Assembly (NCBI GenBank): GCA_965232885.1 | Contig: CBDDQX010000002.1 | Location: 671,211 to 735,210, forward strand | Length of the DNA: 64,000 bases | Direction of reading: 5' to 3' | Origin: Dehalococcoidia bacterium | GTDB taxonomy: Bacteria > Chloroflexota > Dehalococcoidia > Lucifugimonadales > UBA3495 | Shown here: positions 17,425-27,199 of the stretch, piece by piece | How the letters are laid out: every line of letters begins with the position of its first letter | How positions within the stretch are numbered: position 1 is the first letter of the stretch | The notes under the pieces: generated by a model | The model's database searches: none | The model's input: the letters and a program-made list of their open reading frames with translations, nothing else | What the model was told of the DNA's origin: nothing | Translations under genes and position numbers: made by a program

Positions 17425-18532
17425 CTACTCCCGCTCACTTCCCAGCTTGTGCATCAGATAGGCTTCTATGAATGGGTCTATCCCGCCTTCCAGCACCTGA
17501 TCCGGGTTGGTGCTTTGCAGGTCGGTGCGGTGGTCTTTGACTGATTTGTAGGGGTGCAGGACATAGCTGCGTATCTGGTGCCCCCACTCCGGGTTGCTTC
17601 GCTCTCCGCGTAGGCGAGCCAACTCTTCGGCCCTCTGGTCATTTTGCTGTTTCAGCAGCCTGGCCCGCAGGATCCGCATAGCATACTCCCGGTTCTGATG
17701 CTGGGAGCGCTCGGTCTGGCAGGACACCACGATTCCAGTGGGCAGATGAGTTAACCGTACGGCGGAGGCCACCTTCTGCACGTTCTGGCCGCCAGGTCCG
17801 CTGGAACGGAAGGTATCCATCTTCACGTCTTCGGCGCGGATGTCCACGTCCGATTCGCTTTCAACCGCCGGGATTATCTCCACGTTGGCGAAGGAAGTGT
17901 GCCGCAAGTTATTGGGATCGTAGGGCGACAGCCGCACCAGCCGGTGAACGCCCTGCTCGGCGCTGAGATAGCCGAAAGCGTGGCTGCCGCCCACTTCCAG
18001 CGTTCCGCTGCGCAGTCCGGCCTCGTCGCCATAGGAGAGGTCCATCACTTCCATCGGACGCTTGCCGGACTCCGCCCACCCCGTATACATCCGCAGCAGC
18101 ATTTCGGCCCAGTCCTGCGAGTCCGTGCCGCCAGCCCCGGAGTGGATGGTAACAATAGCAGACCGCTCGTCGTAAGGCCCCGACAGGGTGAGTTTAATCT
18201 CCTCGCGGGCCAGCTCCCGGCCCAACTCTGCGGCGCCGGTTTCCAACTCTTCCTGAATGGAAAGGTCATCCTCTTCCATAGCGAGAGCGGTCAGTTCCGC
18301 CAAGTCACGGCAGCGCGATTCCAACCCGCGCCACAAAGTCAATGTGTCGCGCAGCCTGCCCATCTGCTGCATCTTGCGCTGGGCCTGTTGATGGTCGCTC
18401 CAGAAGTCCGGCTCAGAGGACTCCCGCTCCAGTTCCGCAATAGTAATTTCCTTGGCCGGGAGGTCAAAGACGCTCCACCACGGTCGAAATCTTTTCAGAC
18501 AGGTAGGCGAGGTCTTGTCTCAACTGGTCCAT
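17425..18532 (-). CDS. prfB: peptide chain release factor 2, requiring a +1 frameshift
   Basis: A short first frame MDQLRQDLAYLSEKISTVVERL ends at CTT TGA C. The +1 frame continues as DLPAKEITIAELE... and contains SPYD and GGQNVQKV (GGQ). Confidence 0.9.
18463..18469 (-). other. RF2 autoregulatory +1 frameshift site CTTTGAC
   Basis: The minus strand reads GGTGGAGCGTCTTTGACC, an SD-like GGAG 3 nt before CTT TGA C. Confidence 0.85.
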
Positions 18533-18691
18533 GAGTAAGTATGTCTCCTCTCTTTCGACTAATCCAAGTCTATTATAGCAATCGCCGTAGTCAGGCACCT
18601 GTCAGGAAGCAAGATTCCCGGGAAGTGTAATCATCCCGGGAATCCCTGAGCCTCCTGATTCCTACCTCGTGTGGTCAGTTCAGTGGCATCT

Positions 18692-19567
18692 CTAGCCAAC
18701 ACCCAGCCGCTCCGCCAGCCAGGCTGCGCGGGCCACGGCGTGGATATGCCCACCTCCCTCGGCGGCGCCGTCATACAACCGCAGGTCGCAGTTGGGCAGA
18801 GCTTGAGCCAGGTCTTCGGCAAAGGCCAACGGACAGGTTCCGCGGTCGAAGCGGCCAGCGCTCAGCAACACCGGAGCGGACACGCGGGAGGCGTCTCCCA
18901 ACGGGTCCAGCAACCCCAATGTTCGCTCAACATCGGCGCGACGGTCAGGGTGGGCATGTAAATAATCGCCGATTTCGCCCAGCGGATAGCCTGGAGCCGA
19001 CTCCAGCGCCGAAGGGTGCCCCAGCGGCATGGGAGTGTCGGCTGCCACGCCAGCGACCTGCGAACGCCGTGATGCAACGGACAGTGAAAGGCTGCCACCC
19101 AAGCCTGCGCCCCAGAAGGCCACCGGGCCGATTTCCGCCACGCCCTGAGCCAGCAGCACATCCAGCGCCCGTAAGGCGTCGGCGTATACGCCCAGCATCA
19201 TCCAAGATTCGCCATCGCCGATGCCATCAGTCACCAGTCCGGGGTAGCTGGCCCGGTACGCCCCATCGCTGTTTCTCTGACCACGGTGAGTAGCGTTCAT
19301 TATAACGGCGCGATGCCGGAGCGAAGTGTAGATTATGTCGTGAACGCTGGCATAGTCAGGCATCCGCAGCAGTGCCGGGAATGGACCTCCGCCTTCCTTT
19401 GGCGCCGACAGCCAAGCGAACAGACGGTGTCCGCCCGTAGTGTTGTAGTTCAGGCGGTAGACATCCCATTCAGGTTCCGAATAGAAGGCGTCTCGATTGA
19501 CCGTTATCTCCGGCGGCGTCTCCGCCAATTGCGCCTCTGTCATTTCCCAGAAATCACTCGGCGTCAT
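18692..19567 (-). CDS. acetyl-xylan-esterase (CE7/AXE1)-like alpha/beta hydrolase paralog with an altered nucleophile motif
   Basis: Homologous along its length to the upstream paralog, and it keeps HRGQ. Where the paralog has GSSQG, the nucleophile elbow here reads GAGLG. Confidence 0.6.
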   Translation of the reverse strand: MTPSDFWEMTEAQLAETPPEITVNRDAFYSEPEWDVYRLNYNTTGGHRLFAWLSAPKEGGGPFPALLRMPDYASVHDIIYTSLRHRAVIMNATHRGQRNSDGAYRASYPGLVTDGIGDGESWMMLGVYADALRALDVLLAQGVAEIGPVAFWGAGLGGSLSLSVASRRSQVAGVAADTPMPLGHPSALESAPGYPLGEIGDYLHAHPDRRADVERTLGLLDPLGDASRVSAPVLLSAGRFDRGTCPLAFAEDLAQALPNCDLRLYDGAAEGGGHIHAVARAAWLAERLGVG

Positions 19568-20631
19568 GGGGTTACCGCCTTTTCCGCCACAGCGCGACCG
19601 CCTTCGCCATCACCCTGCGCTTCCCGGCCATCATCCTGAGCTTGTCGAAGGATGCGCTGCTCCAGCCAAGCCGCTTCCTGTCTGGGGTAATCGTGGGCGT
19701 TGCCGTGTCCCGACTCCGGGAAGAGCCACAACTCCCGTTCACCACTCAGCCGGTCATAGGCGGCGTAGCTGGTCTCAGGCGGGCAGACCTCATCCTCCAG
19801 CGCAATGCCAACGACCATGGGGCACTTGATGCGCGGCGCGAAATTTACGGCGTCGAAGTAACGCAGCGTTTCCAGCATCTGAGCCTCAAGCTCCGGGTGG
19901 GCGCGAACATAGCAGGAGAGTTCGTCATAGGGATAAGAGCGAAGCATTTTCATTGATTCGGGAAAGCAGCAGATGAACGGATAGCCCGATACTCCTCCCT
20001 TAATTTCCGGGCGTAGTCCGGCAGTAGCGAGAGTGAGACCTCCCCCTTGGCTGCTGCCGCTGGCGTAGATGCGTTCCGGGTCAATTTCCGGCCTCGAAAG
20101 CAGGAAGTCCACTCCCCGGGAACAGTCGGAGATAACGCCACGGTAGCTGTATGTCTCCCGGCTCTCTATGCCGCTGGTGAGCAGCCCGGGGTAGCCGGGG
20201 TTGAACCCTGAACTGCTGGGCAGTTTTCCTCGCACCGCCACTGACAGAACCGCCACGCCCTTGCGCCCCCAATCGCGGCGCAAAGCAGGCTCCGACTTGT
20301 AGCCAGGCAGTGCCAGGATCGCCGGAAACGGCCCGTCACCCACCGCAGGCAGACTGTACCATCCGAAAATTTCCAGACCGTCCAGGCTGCGATAGGTGGC
20401 CTGATATACCTTGACGTCGCCGTTGCTGCGCAGAGGGTCCGGTGTGACCGCAGGTTCCAGCGGCAACTCTGCCAAACCAGCCAGCGTACCGCTCCAGAAA
20501 TCGTCGAAATCGTCAGGACAAGTGACCGAAGTCACAAACGCTTCCAAGTCTGCTTTGGTAGCCATAGGCCGCTCCTGAAGACAATTGGGAAGAGGATAAC
20601 CCATTATAGACTCTCGGTATAATGTTCGCAC
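19564..20631 (-). CDS. acetyl xylan esterase / cephalosporin-C deacetylase family (CE7) hydrolase
   Basis: GSSQGGGL nucleophile elbow and a C-terminal SGHG. Its stop overlaps the downstream paralog's start by 4 nt. Confidence 0.7.
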   Translation of the reverse strand: MRTLYRESIMGYPLPNCLQERPMATKADLEAFVTSVTCPDDFDDFWSGTLAGLAELPLEPAVTPDPLRSNGDVKVYQATYRSLDGLEIFGWYSLPAVGDGPFPAILALPGYKSEPALRRDWGRKGVAVLSVAVRGKLPSSSGFNPGYPGLLTSGIESRETYSYRGVISDCSRGVDFLLSRPEIDPERIYASGSSQGGGLTLATAGLRPEIKGGVSGYPFICCFPESMKMLRSYPYDELSCYVRAHPELEAQMLETLRYFDAVNFAPRIKCPMVVGIALEDEVCPPETSYAAYDRLSGERELWLFPESGHGNAHDYPRQEAAWLEQRILRQAQDDGREAQGDGEGGRAVAEKAVTP

Positions 20632-20652
20632 TGCTCAACGGAGTTTGGAAAC

Positions 20653-21276
20653 TTGGAAACAACCATCGGAATTCTGACGGCGGTTGGCGCTTACCTGCTG
20701 GGGTCGGTGTCGCCGTCGTACCTGCTGGTGCGGTTGGCCACCGGCGACGATGTGCGTCAAGAGCGTAGCGGCAATGCCGGAACACTCAACACCTACCATC
20801 ACCTTGGGCTGAGAGGCGGAATAGTCGTCCTGCTGCTGGATGCTGGAAAGGGCGCTCTGGCCGCGCTTGCCCCAATGCTGGTCAACGCTCCGGAATGGAC
20901 CGTATTCGCCACCACGGCCCTGGTCTTGATAGGCCACAACTGGCCGGTGTTCCTCAAGTTTCGGGGCGGCAAAGGAGCCGCAGTGCTGTTGGGAGTGTCG
21001 CTGGGTCTGTTCCCGGTGATAACTGCCTTCTGCCTGATTCCCATAGCGCTGGTGATGCTGCTGTTGCGCAACGTGGTGGCAGGAGCCGCCGCCGGGTACG
21101 TGCTGGTGTGTCTGGCGCTGATTGTCACAGGGGCGGAATGGCAGATGATTACCCTGAGCATACTGCTGGCCATCCTGGCAGCAGCCACGTATCTCATCGG
21201 CTTTCGGCAGGAGATAAGGACGCTGGTCCACGAGGGGCAATGGAGAAGGTTGCTGCTGTTCAGATTCATTGAATAA
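20653..21276 (+). CDS. plsY: glycerol-3-phosphate acyltransferase PlsY
   Basis: YLLGSVSPSYLL, SGNAGTLN and FKGGKGAA motifs in a polytopic membrane protein. Confidence 0.85.
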   Translation: METTIGILTAVGAYLLGSVSPSYLLVRLATGDDVRQERSGNAGTLNTYHHLGLRGGIVVLLLDAGKGALAALAPMLVNAPEWTVFATTALVLIGHNWPVFLKFRGGKGAAVLLGVSLGLFPVITAFCLIPIALVMLLLRNVVAGAAAGYVLVCLALIVTGAEWQMITLSILLAILAAATYLIGFRQEIRTLVHEGQWRRLLLFRFIE

Positions 21277-21434
21277 CCCAGCGCCCCAGCCACAACGTAT
21301 TACGGGCACAACGGATTTCGGGTCCTCTCTGTCCCCGGTTTGCAGCCCGGTAAATCGCAACAGGTTTCTCTTGGGCTATAATGAACGGAAAGGCAAGACC
21401 CGCCGCAAATTAACACCCCTTGCAGGAATGAATC

Positions 21435-23189
21435 ATGCTGGACCACGGAGCCTTGGACATCGCCCACGCAGACGCAGCCCATGCCCACCGGCACGCCATG
21501 CGCCACTCGGCAGCCCACGTGATGGCCGACGCCGTACTGAAGCTGTTCCCGGAAGCCAAGATGGGCATCGGCCCGCCCACCCAAGACGGCTTCTATTACG
21601 ACTTCGACGTCTCTCGTCCCTTCACACCCGAAGACCTGGAGCAGATCGAGGCCCTGATGCGGGAAGCCATGTCCGGCTCCTTCCCCTTCGAGCGGGAAGA
21701 ACTGAGCCGACAGCAGGCCCGGGACTTGTTCGCTGACCAGCCGTACAAGCTGGAACTCATTGAAGGGCTGGACGATTCGGCGGTCATATCCATTTATCGC
21801 CACAACGGCTTCGTGGACCTGTGCCAGGGGCCGCACGTCGGCAACACCGCCGAGATTCCGGCTATGAAACTGCTCAGTGTCGCTGGCGCATACTGGCGCG
21901 GCGATGAAAAACGCCCCATGCTGCAACGCATCTACGGCACCGCCTTCAAGTCGGAAGACGAGCTGAATGACCACTTGGCCCGACTGGAAGAGGCGGAGAG
22001 GCGCGACCACCGCACGCTGGGGAGGCAACTCGGCCTCTACACCATCCACGAAGAAATCGGGCCCGGGCTTGTGGTATGGCATCCCAAGGGAGGGCGTGTC
22101 CGTTCTCTCATCGAGGATTACTGGAAGGACATCCACTACCGACGTGGCTATGACGTGGTCTATTCCCCTCACATTGGCCGGTCCACTCTGTGGCAGACCA
22201 GCGGCCACCTGGACTTTTATCGCGAGGGTATGTTCTCGGCGGTGGAAGTGGACGAGCAGGAATACTTCCTGAAGCCGATGAACTGTCCCTTCCATATCAC
22301 CATCTACCGCTCTGCCCTGCGCAGTTATCGCGAACTGCCCCTTCGCTTCGCCGAACTGGGCACGGTCTACCGCTACGAGCGCAGCGGCGTTTTGCACGGG
22401 CTGATGCGAGTGCGCGGCTTCACCCAGGACGACGCCCATATCTTCTGTCGGCCCGAGCAGGTGGAGGATGAAGTGGGCGGCGTGCTGGAACTGACCTTCG
22501 AGCTGATGGAAGCCTTCGGCTTCTCGGACTACAGCATCGCCTTGTCCACGCGACCGGAGAAATACGTCGGCGACCTGGAGATGTGGGAGCACGCAACCAA
22601 CTCGCTGCAGGGCGCGTTGGAAGCGCGAAGCCTCCCCTTCACCGTGGATGATGGAGGCGGCGCATTCTATGGCCCCAAGATTGACATCAACATCACAGAC
22701 GCCCTAGGCCGCGCCTGGCAGTGCACCACGGTGCAGTTCGACTTCAACCTGCCGGAGCGCTTCGACCTCACCTACCAGGACGACCAGGGGGGCCGCAGCC
22801 GTCCCTACATGGTTCACCGAGCCATCCTCGGCTCCATGGAGCGGTTCCTTGGCGTTCTCATCGAGCACTACGGCGGGGCGTTCCCTGTCTGGCTGGCCCC
22901 GGTGCAGGCCGTCGTCATCCCCATCGCCGACCGCCACGCCGACTACGCCCAGTCCGTGCTCGCCGAATTGGGAGGCGCAGGCTTCCGCGCCGAAGTAGAC
23001 AGCCGCAACGAGCGCATGAATCAGAAGATACGCACCGCCCAGATCCAGAAGGTGCCGTATATGCTGGTGGTCGGCGACCGCGAGGCCGAGGCGGGAGCGG
23101 TGGCCGTCCGCAGCCGCGACGGCGGGGACTTGGGCGCGATGCCGCTGGCGGAGTTCGTGGAGTTGCTGGGGCAGGAGAGCAAGCGATGA
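21435..23189 (+). CDS. thrS: threonine--tRNA ligase (no N-terminal TGS domain)
   Basis: It starts directly at the editing-domain block RHSAAHVMADAV...GFYYDFD. Class II motifs are present (FRGEMFSA-like, RVRGFTQDDAHIF, GGGAFYGPKID). Confidence 0.95.
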   Translation: MLDHGALDIAHADAAHAHRHAMRHSAAHVMADAVLKLFPEAKMGIGPPTQDGFYYDFDVSRPFTPEDLEQIEALMREAMSGSFPFEREELSRQQARDLFADQPYKLELIEGLDDSAVISIYRHNGFVDLCQGPHVGNTAEIPAMKLLSVAGAYWRGDEKRPMLQRIYGTAFKSEDELNDHLARLEEAERRDHRTLGRQLGLYTIHEEIGPGLVVWHPKGGRVRSLIEDYWKDIHYRRGYDVVYSPHIGRSTLWQTSGHLDFYREGMFSAVEVDEQEYFLKPMNCPFHITIYRSALRSYRELPLRFAELGTVYRYERSGVLHGLMRVRGFTQDDAHIFCRPEQVEDEVGGVLELTFELMEAFGFSDYSIALSTRPEKYVGDLEMWEHATNSLQGALEARSLPFTVDDGGGAFYGPKIDINITDALGRAWQCTTVQFDFNLPERFDLTYQDDQGGRSRPYMVHRAILGSMERFLGVLIEHYGGAFPVWLAPVQAVVIPIADRHADYAQSVLAELGGAGFRAEVDSRNERMNQKIRTAQIQKVPYMLVVGDREAEAGAVAVRSRDGGDLGAMPLAEFVELLGQESKR

Positions 23190-23461
23190 AGACCTACCTC
23201 TTGCCAATTACCGTCGAGCCGGATGACGAAGAAGCTGGATATTGGTACGCCGAGGTGCCCATAATCCGCGGCTGCGCCCTCTCCTGCTACCCGCTCGAAC
23301 ATGTGCTGGACTCCATCCAAGACACAGCCCAGGTAATGCTCGAAATAATGGTCGAGTGCGGCGACCCTTTGCCTGAAGGCATCGAGAAATACGAAACCGA
23401 TCCAGCCGCTAGCGCCTCTCCGGGTGGTGAAGTGATAAAGGTCATTGTTTGCTACCCCTAG
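23186..23461 (+). CDS. HicB-like (UPF0150) antitoxin-fold protein, with no adjacent hicA
   Basis: ATGA overlap with the thrS stop. The pattern YWYAEVPIIRGCALSCYPLEHVLDSIQDTAQVMLE matches the HicB N-terminal fold. Confidence 0.5.
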   Translation: MKTYLLPITVEPDDEEAGYWYAEVPIIRGCALSCYPLEHVLDSIQDTAQVMLEIMVECGDPLPEGIEKYETDPAASASPGGEVIKVIVCYP

Positions 23462-23491
23462 GAAAATCGTCAGCCATTACAGGAGCCCGCA

Positions 23492-25540
23492 ATGCCCAAC
23501 CGCCTGATAGACGAGACCAGCCCCTACCTGCTCCAGCACGCCAACAACCCCGTGGACTGGTATCCGTGGGGCGAGGAGGCCCTGGCGCGGGCGCGTAACG
23601 AGGACAAGCCCATCCTGCTCAGTATCGGCTATTCGGCCTGCCACTGGTGCCACGTCATGGAGCGGGAATCCTTCGAGAACGACGCCATCGCCGAGATAAT
23701 GAACGAGCACTTCGTCAACATCAAGGTTGACCGCGAAGAGCGCCCCGACCTCGACGCCGTATACATGGAGGCCGTGCAGATGCTGACCGGCAGCGGCGGC
23801 TGGCCCATGACCGTGTTCCTCACGCCCGACGGCAAGCCATTCTACGGCGGCACCTACTTCCCGCCCGTTGACCGCCACAATATGCCCGGCTTCCCCCGGC
23901 TGCTGGAGACTGTCGCCCAGGCCTACCGCAACAGCCACTCGGAAATCCAGCGGGTGACCGGGCAGTTGACGGAACAGATGGGCCGAACCGCCAATATGCC
24001 CCGGGGAACGGGAGCGCTGGACGAGAGCATTCTGCACAACGCCTACAATCAACTGGCAACCAACTTCGACTACCAGAACGGCGGCGTCGGCTCCGCTCCC
24101 AAGTTCCCCCAAGCCATGACGCTGGAAATCATGCTCCGTTACCATGCCCACGGTCACAATGAACGCGCCCTCTCTATGCTGCACCTTACGCTGGAGAAGA
24201 TGGCTCGCGGGGGCATCTATGACCAGGTTGCAGGGGGCTTTCACCGCTATTCGACAGATACGTACTGGCTGGTGCCCCACTTCGAGAAGATGCTCTACGA
24301 CAACGCCCTGCTGGCCCGCCTCTACCTCCACGCCTGGCTGGCCACCGGACGCGCTCTGTACCGGCGCATCACCGAGGAAACCCTGGATTATGTGCTAAGG
24401 GAGATGACCGGCGAGCACGGCGGCTTCTTCTCCGCCACCGACGCCGATAGCGAGGGAGAGGAAGGCAAGTTCTTCGTGTGGTCTCCGGAAGAGATTGAGG
24501 CCGTCTTGGGAAGCGAAGACGCGCCGGTTTTCAGCGCCTTCTTCGGCGTAACCCAGCGCGGCAATTTCGAGGGCAGTAATATCCTGAACATCTCGGTCAG
24601 AGCCGCCGACTTCGCCCAGCGCGAGGGCATCCCCCTAGAGAGGCTGCTAGGCATCATCCGCCGGGGAAAGGAATCCTTGAGAGTTGCGCGGGAAGAGCGT
24701 GAACACCCGCTGCTGGACGACAAGGCGCTGGCGTCGTGGAACGGTCTTATGCTCCGCGCCTTCGCGGAAGCAGGGGCGGCCCTCCAACGGCAGGACTACC
24801 TGGACGCGGCGGCCAATAACGCCTCCTTCCTTCTCCGGGACTTGCGCCCCGAGGGAGTGCTGCTTCGTTCCTATCGCGAGGGCCAGGCCAAGCTCCCCGG
24901 CTTCCTGGAAGACTACTCTTTCGTTGCCGACGGCCTGCTGTCGCTCTACGAAGCCACCTTCGACCGCCGCTGGCTCGACTCCGCCATAGAGTTGGCCGAC
25001 GAGATGATCTCGCTGTTCTGGGACGAGCCTGCGGGCTGCTTCTACGACACCGGGAGCAGCCACGAGGAGCTGGTGGTGCGGCCCCGGGACGTGTTCGACA
25101 ACGCCCAGCCTTGCGGCGGGTCGGTGGCGTCGGACGTGCTGCTACGACTGTCTGTGGTCACCGGCAACGAGGATTACGCAACCAAGGCCATAGCGCCCCT
25201 ACGGTCGCTGGCAGAGTTGATGGGCCGCGCGCCGGCAGGCACGGGCCGCTGGTTAGCCGCGCTGGACTTCTACTTGTCCACCCCGAAGGAAGTCGCCATC
25301 GTCGGCCCTACGGACGACCCGGCCACGTCCGCCCTGCTCCGGGAGGTGAACAGCCGTTACCTGGCCAACCGGGTGCTGGTTGGCGCCGGGGGAGAAGATG
25401 CCGCTGCCTCATCCGGCCTGCCGCTCCTTGACGGAAGGGACATGGTGGACGGCAAGCCCACGGCCTACGTTTGCGAGAATTACGCCTGCCGCCTCCCGGT
25501 CACTGATGCTGAGGCTTTGGCCGCCCAACTGTCGGGCTAG
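23492..25540 (+). CDS. thioredoxin-domain DUF255 protein (YyaL/SPATA20-like) with a six-hairpin glycosidase-like C-terminal domain
   Basis: [23 protein letters not shown] and [18 protein letters not shown]. Confidence 0.85.
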   Translation: MPNRLIDETSPYLLQHANNPVDWYPWGEEALARARNEDKPILLSIGYSACHWCHVMERESFENDAIAEIMNEHFVNIKVDREERPDLDAVYMEAVQMLTGSGGWPMTVFLTPDGKPFYGGTYFPPVDRHNMPGFPRLLETVAQAYRNSHSEIQRVTGQLTEQMGRTANMPRGTGALDESILHNAYNQLATNFDYQNGGVGSAPKFPQAMTLEIMLRYHAHGHNERALSMLHLTLEKMARGGIYDQVAGGFHRYSTDTYWLVPHFEKMLYDNALLARLYLHAWLATGRALYRRITEETLDYVLREMTGEHGGFFSATDADSEGEEGKFFVWSPEEIEAVLGSEDAPVFSAFFGVTQRGNFEGSNILNISVRAADFAQREGIPLERLLGIIRRGKESLRVAREEREHPLLDDKALASWNGLMLRAFAEAGAALQRQDYLDAAANNASFLLRDLRPEGVLLRSYREGQAKLPGFLEDYSFVADGLLSLYEATFDRRWLDSAIELADEMISLFWDEPAGCFYDTGSSHEELVVRPRDVFDNAQPCGGSVASDVLLRLSVVTGNEDYATKAIAPLRSLAELMGRAPAGTGRWLAALDFYLSTPKEVAIVGPTDDPATSALLREVNSRYLANRVLVGAGGEDAAASSGLPLLDGRDMVDGKPTAYVCENYACRLPVTDAEALAAQLSG

Positions 25541-25659
25541 GGAGCGCTTGCAAACCCTGGGCGGTACCGCCTGTGGACTGGCTCTTGACGCGATCACCTT
25601 CGATCCCTGGTCACCGATTCCGGCGTGATTCTTCCGACAAAGGTACTAAGCACCGATCT

Positions 25660-27102
25660 CTACGGGCAATAATAGCGGTCCACGCTATCCGGCACGGACA
25701 AAATAAAGTCGCCGCGGTTAAAACTGGCTGGGACACATCCACTCAACTGGTTCCCGTTGAGGGTCAGCCATGTTAGGTTGGCAAGGTTGCCCAGTTCTGG
25801 CGGTATCTCCCCACTCAATTGGTTCTCGGAGAGATTCAGATGCCACAAATTGGCGAGTTTGCCTAGTCCCGGCAGTATCTCCCCACTCAACTGGTTCTCG
25901 GATAGGGACAGGTATGTCAGGTTGGTGAGGCTGCCCAATTCCGGCGGTATTTTCCCGCTCAACTGGTTCTCGGAGAGACCCAGCGCTTCCAGGTTGGCGA
26001 GGTTGCCCAATTCTGCCGGTATCTCCCCGCTCAACTGGTTTTCGCCGAGATACAAGGATTCCAAGTTGGCGAGGTTGCCCAATTCTGCCGGTATCTCCCC
26101 GCTCAACTGGTTCCTGGAGAGTTCCAAAAATTTCAAGTCTGCGAGGTTGCCCAGTTCTGCCGGTATCTCACCGTTCAACTGGTTCCAGCGGAGGTATACC
26201 TCTGTTAGGTTGATGAGTCTACCCAGTTCCGGCGGTATCTCCCCGCTCAACCCGTTTTCGCGGAGGTTCAGCACTTCCAGGTTGGCGAGGCTGCCCAACT
26301 CCGGCGGTATCTCCCCGCTCAACTGGTTCCCATAGAGGTTCAGCACTTCCAGGTTGGCGAGGCTGCCCAACTCTGGCGGTATCTCCCCGCTCAACTGGTT
26401 CCCGTAGAGGTCTAGCTCCCACAGTTTGACAGGGATGCCCCGCTGGAGGTCCAGCTTTGTCAAGTTGGCGAGATTGCCAAGATCCGCCGGTATCTTCCCG
26501 CTCAACTCGTTTGCGCCGAGATCCAGCTCTGTCAAGTTGGTGAGGCTACCCAGCTCCGGCGGTATCTTCCCTCTCAACCCATTCCCGAAGAGGACCAGCT
26601 TGGTGACGCGGCCTCTGCTGTCAGAGGTGACACCTTCCCATTCGCCCAAAGGCGCGTCACTCAGCCAGTTATCATTGTCGATCCAATTCGGTCCTCTAGT
26701 AGCGCTAAACAGGGAGAGCAACGCTTCCCGGTCCGTTTCGGGTGAAGTCTGCACCATCAGGGCCACGGTGGTAGCCCTCACCGGTTCGACGCTCTCCGCT
26801 GTCGGCTCGGCGGTGGTCTGTCTAGAGGATACCCTGCCTACCGGCTCATGGGTGGCACGTCCTGAGTCGGGTAGGTCTGTCGGCTTGGGTGTGGTCTCTC
26901 CAGAGGATGACCTATACGCAGGCTCGGCGGTGGCCGTGGGCATGAGTTCGACGGTGCCCCCGGACGTAGGCGACGGCTCGGTGGTAGCATGTTCCGAGGG
27001 TGACTCGTCCGACGGCTCATATGAGCTGCCACAGGCCAGCATCAGCAACGGCAGAAGCAGTGCAATGGCGAGGATTCCTAGGAAAAGTCGTGGTATTCTC
27101 AT
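25660..27102 (-). CDS. secreted or lipid-anchored leucine-rich-repeat protein with about 12.5 plant-specific-type 24-aa LRRs
   Basis: Signal with a lipobox-like LLMLAC|G. A T/P/S/E-rich linker and an LRRNT-like cap (REALLSLF...WEGVTSDSRGRVTKLVL) follow. The repeats read LxLxxNQLSGEIPxELGNLxNLxx. Confidence 0.8.
   Translation of the reverse strand: MRIPRLFLGILAIALLLPLLMLACGSSYEPSDESPSEHATTEPSPTSGGTVELMPTATAEPAYRSSSGETTPKPTDLPDSGRATHEPVGRVSSRQTTAEPTAESVEPVRATTVALMVQTSPETDREALLSLFSATRGPNWIDNDNWLSDAPLGEWEGVTSDSRGRVTKLVLFGNGLRGKIPPELGSLTNLTELDLGANELSGKIPADLGNLANLTKLDLQRGIPVKLWELDLYGNQLSGEIPPELGSLANLEVLNLYGNQLSGEIPPELGSLANLEVLNLRENGLSGEIPPELGRLINLTEVYLRWNQLNGEIPAELGNLADLKFLELSRNQLSGEIPAELGNLANLESLYLGENQLSGEIPAELGNLANLEALGLSENQLSGKIPPELGSLTNLTYLSLSENQLSGEILPGLGKLANLWHLNLSENQLSGEIPPELGNLANLTWLTLNGNQLSGCVPASFNRGDFILSVPDSVDRYYCP
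25720..26620. repeat. 72-bp tandem DNA repeats (coding LRR units)
   Basis: Period-72 repetition of ...GGTTGGCGAGGTTGCCCAATTCTGCCGGTATCTCCCCGCTCAACTGGTT... Two adjacent units at about 26281-26424 are nearly identical. Confidence 0.8.
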
Positions 27103-27199
27103 CTCGATCCACTCATTATGTTTACTATGGGGCGTCGTCAGCGGATGTGCGTTTGTCGGGCTAACCCGGCGCTGTCGGCGCATATGACCTGGCGGCGCT

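Noticed and set aside
21300-22592. Long antisense ORFs opposite well-supported genes. Examples: 21300-22592, 16075-17028, 14200-15333, 23477-24331, 30382-31533, 32143-33297, 35609-36982, 40253-41008, 46974-48020, 4356-5234.
   Set aside because: They are typical stop-poor shadow frames of GC-rich coding DNA. Their translations are low-complexity (R/G/A/H/Q-rich) with no motifs, and the opposite strand encodes clearly recognisable proteins.
25720-26620. Regular 72-bp periodic repeats that could be mistaken for a CRISPR array or satellite
   Set aside because: - The repeats are contiguous with no unique spacers.
- They lie entirely within one long ORF and translate into a perfect 24-aa LRR consensus.
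- No cas genes are present.
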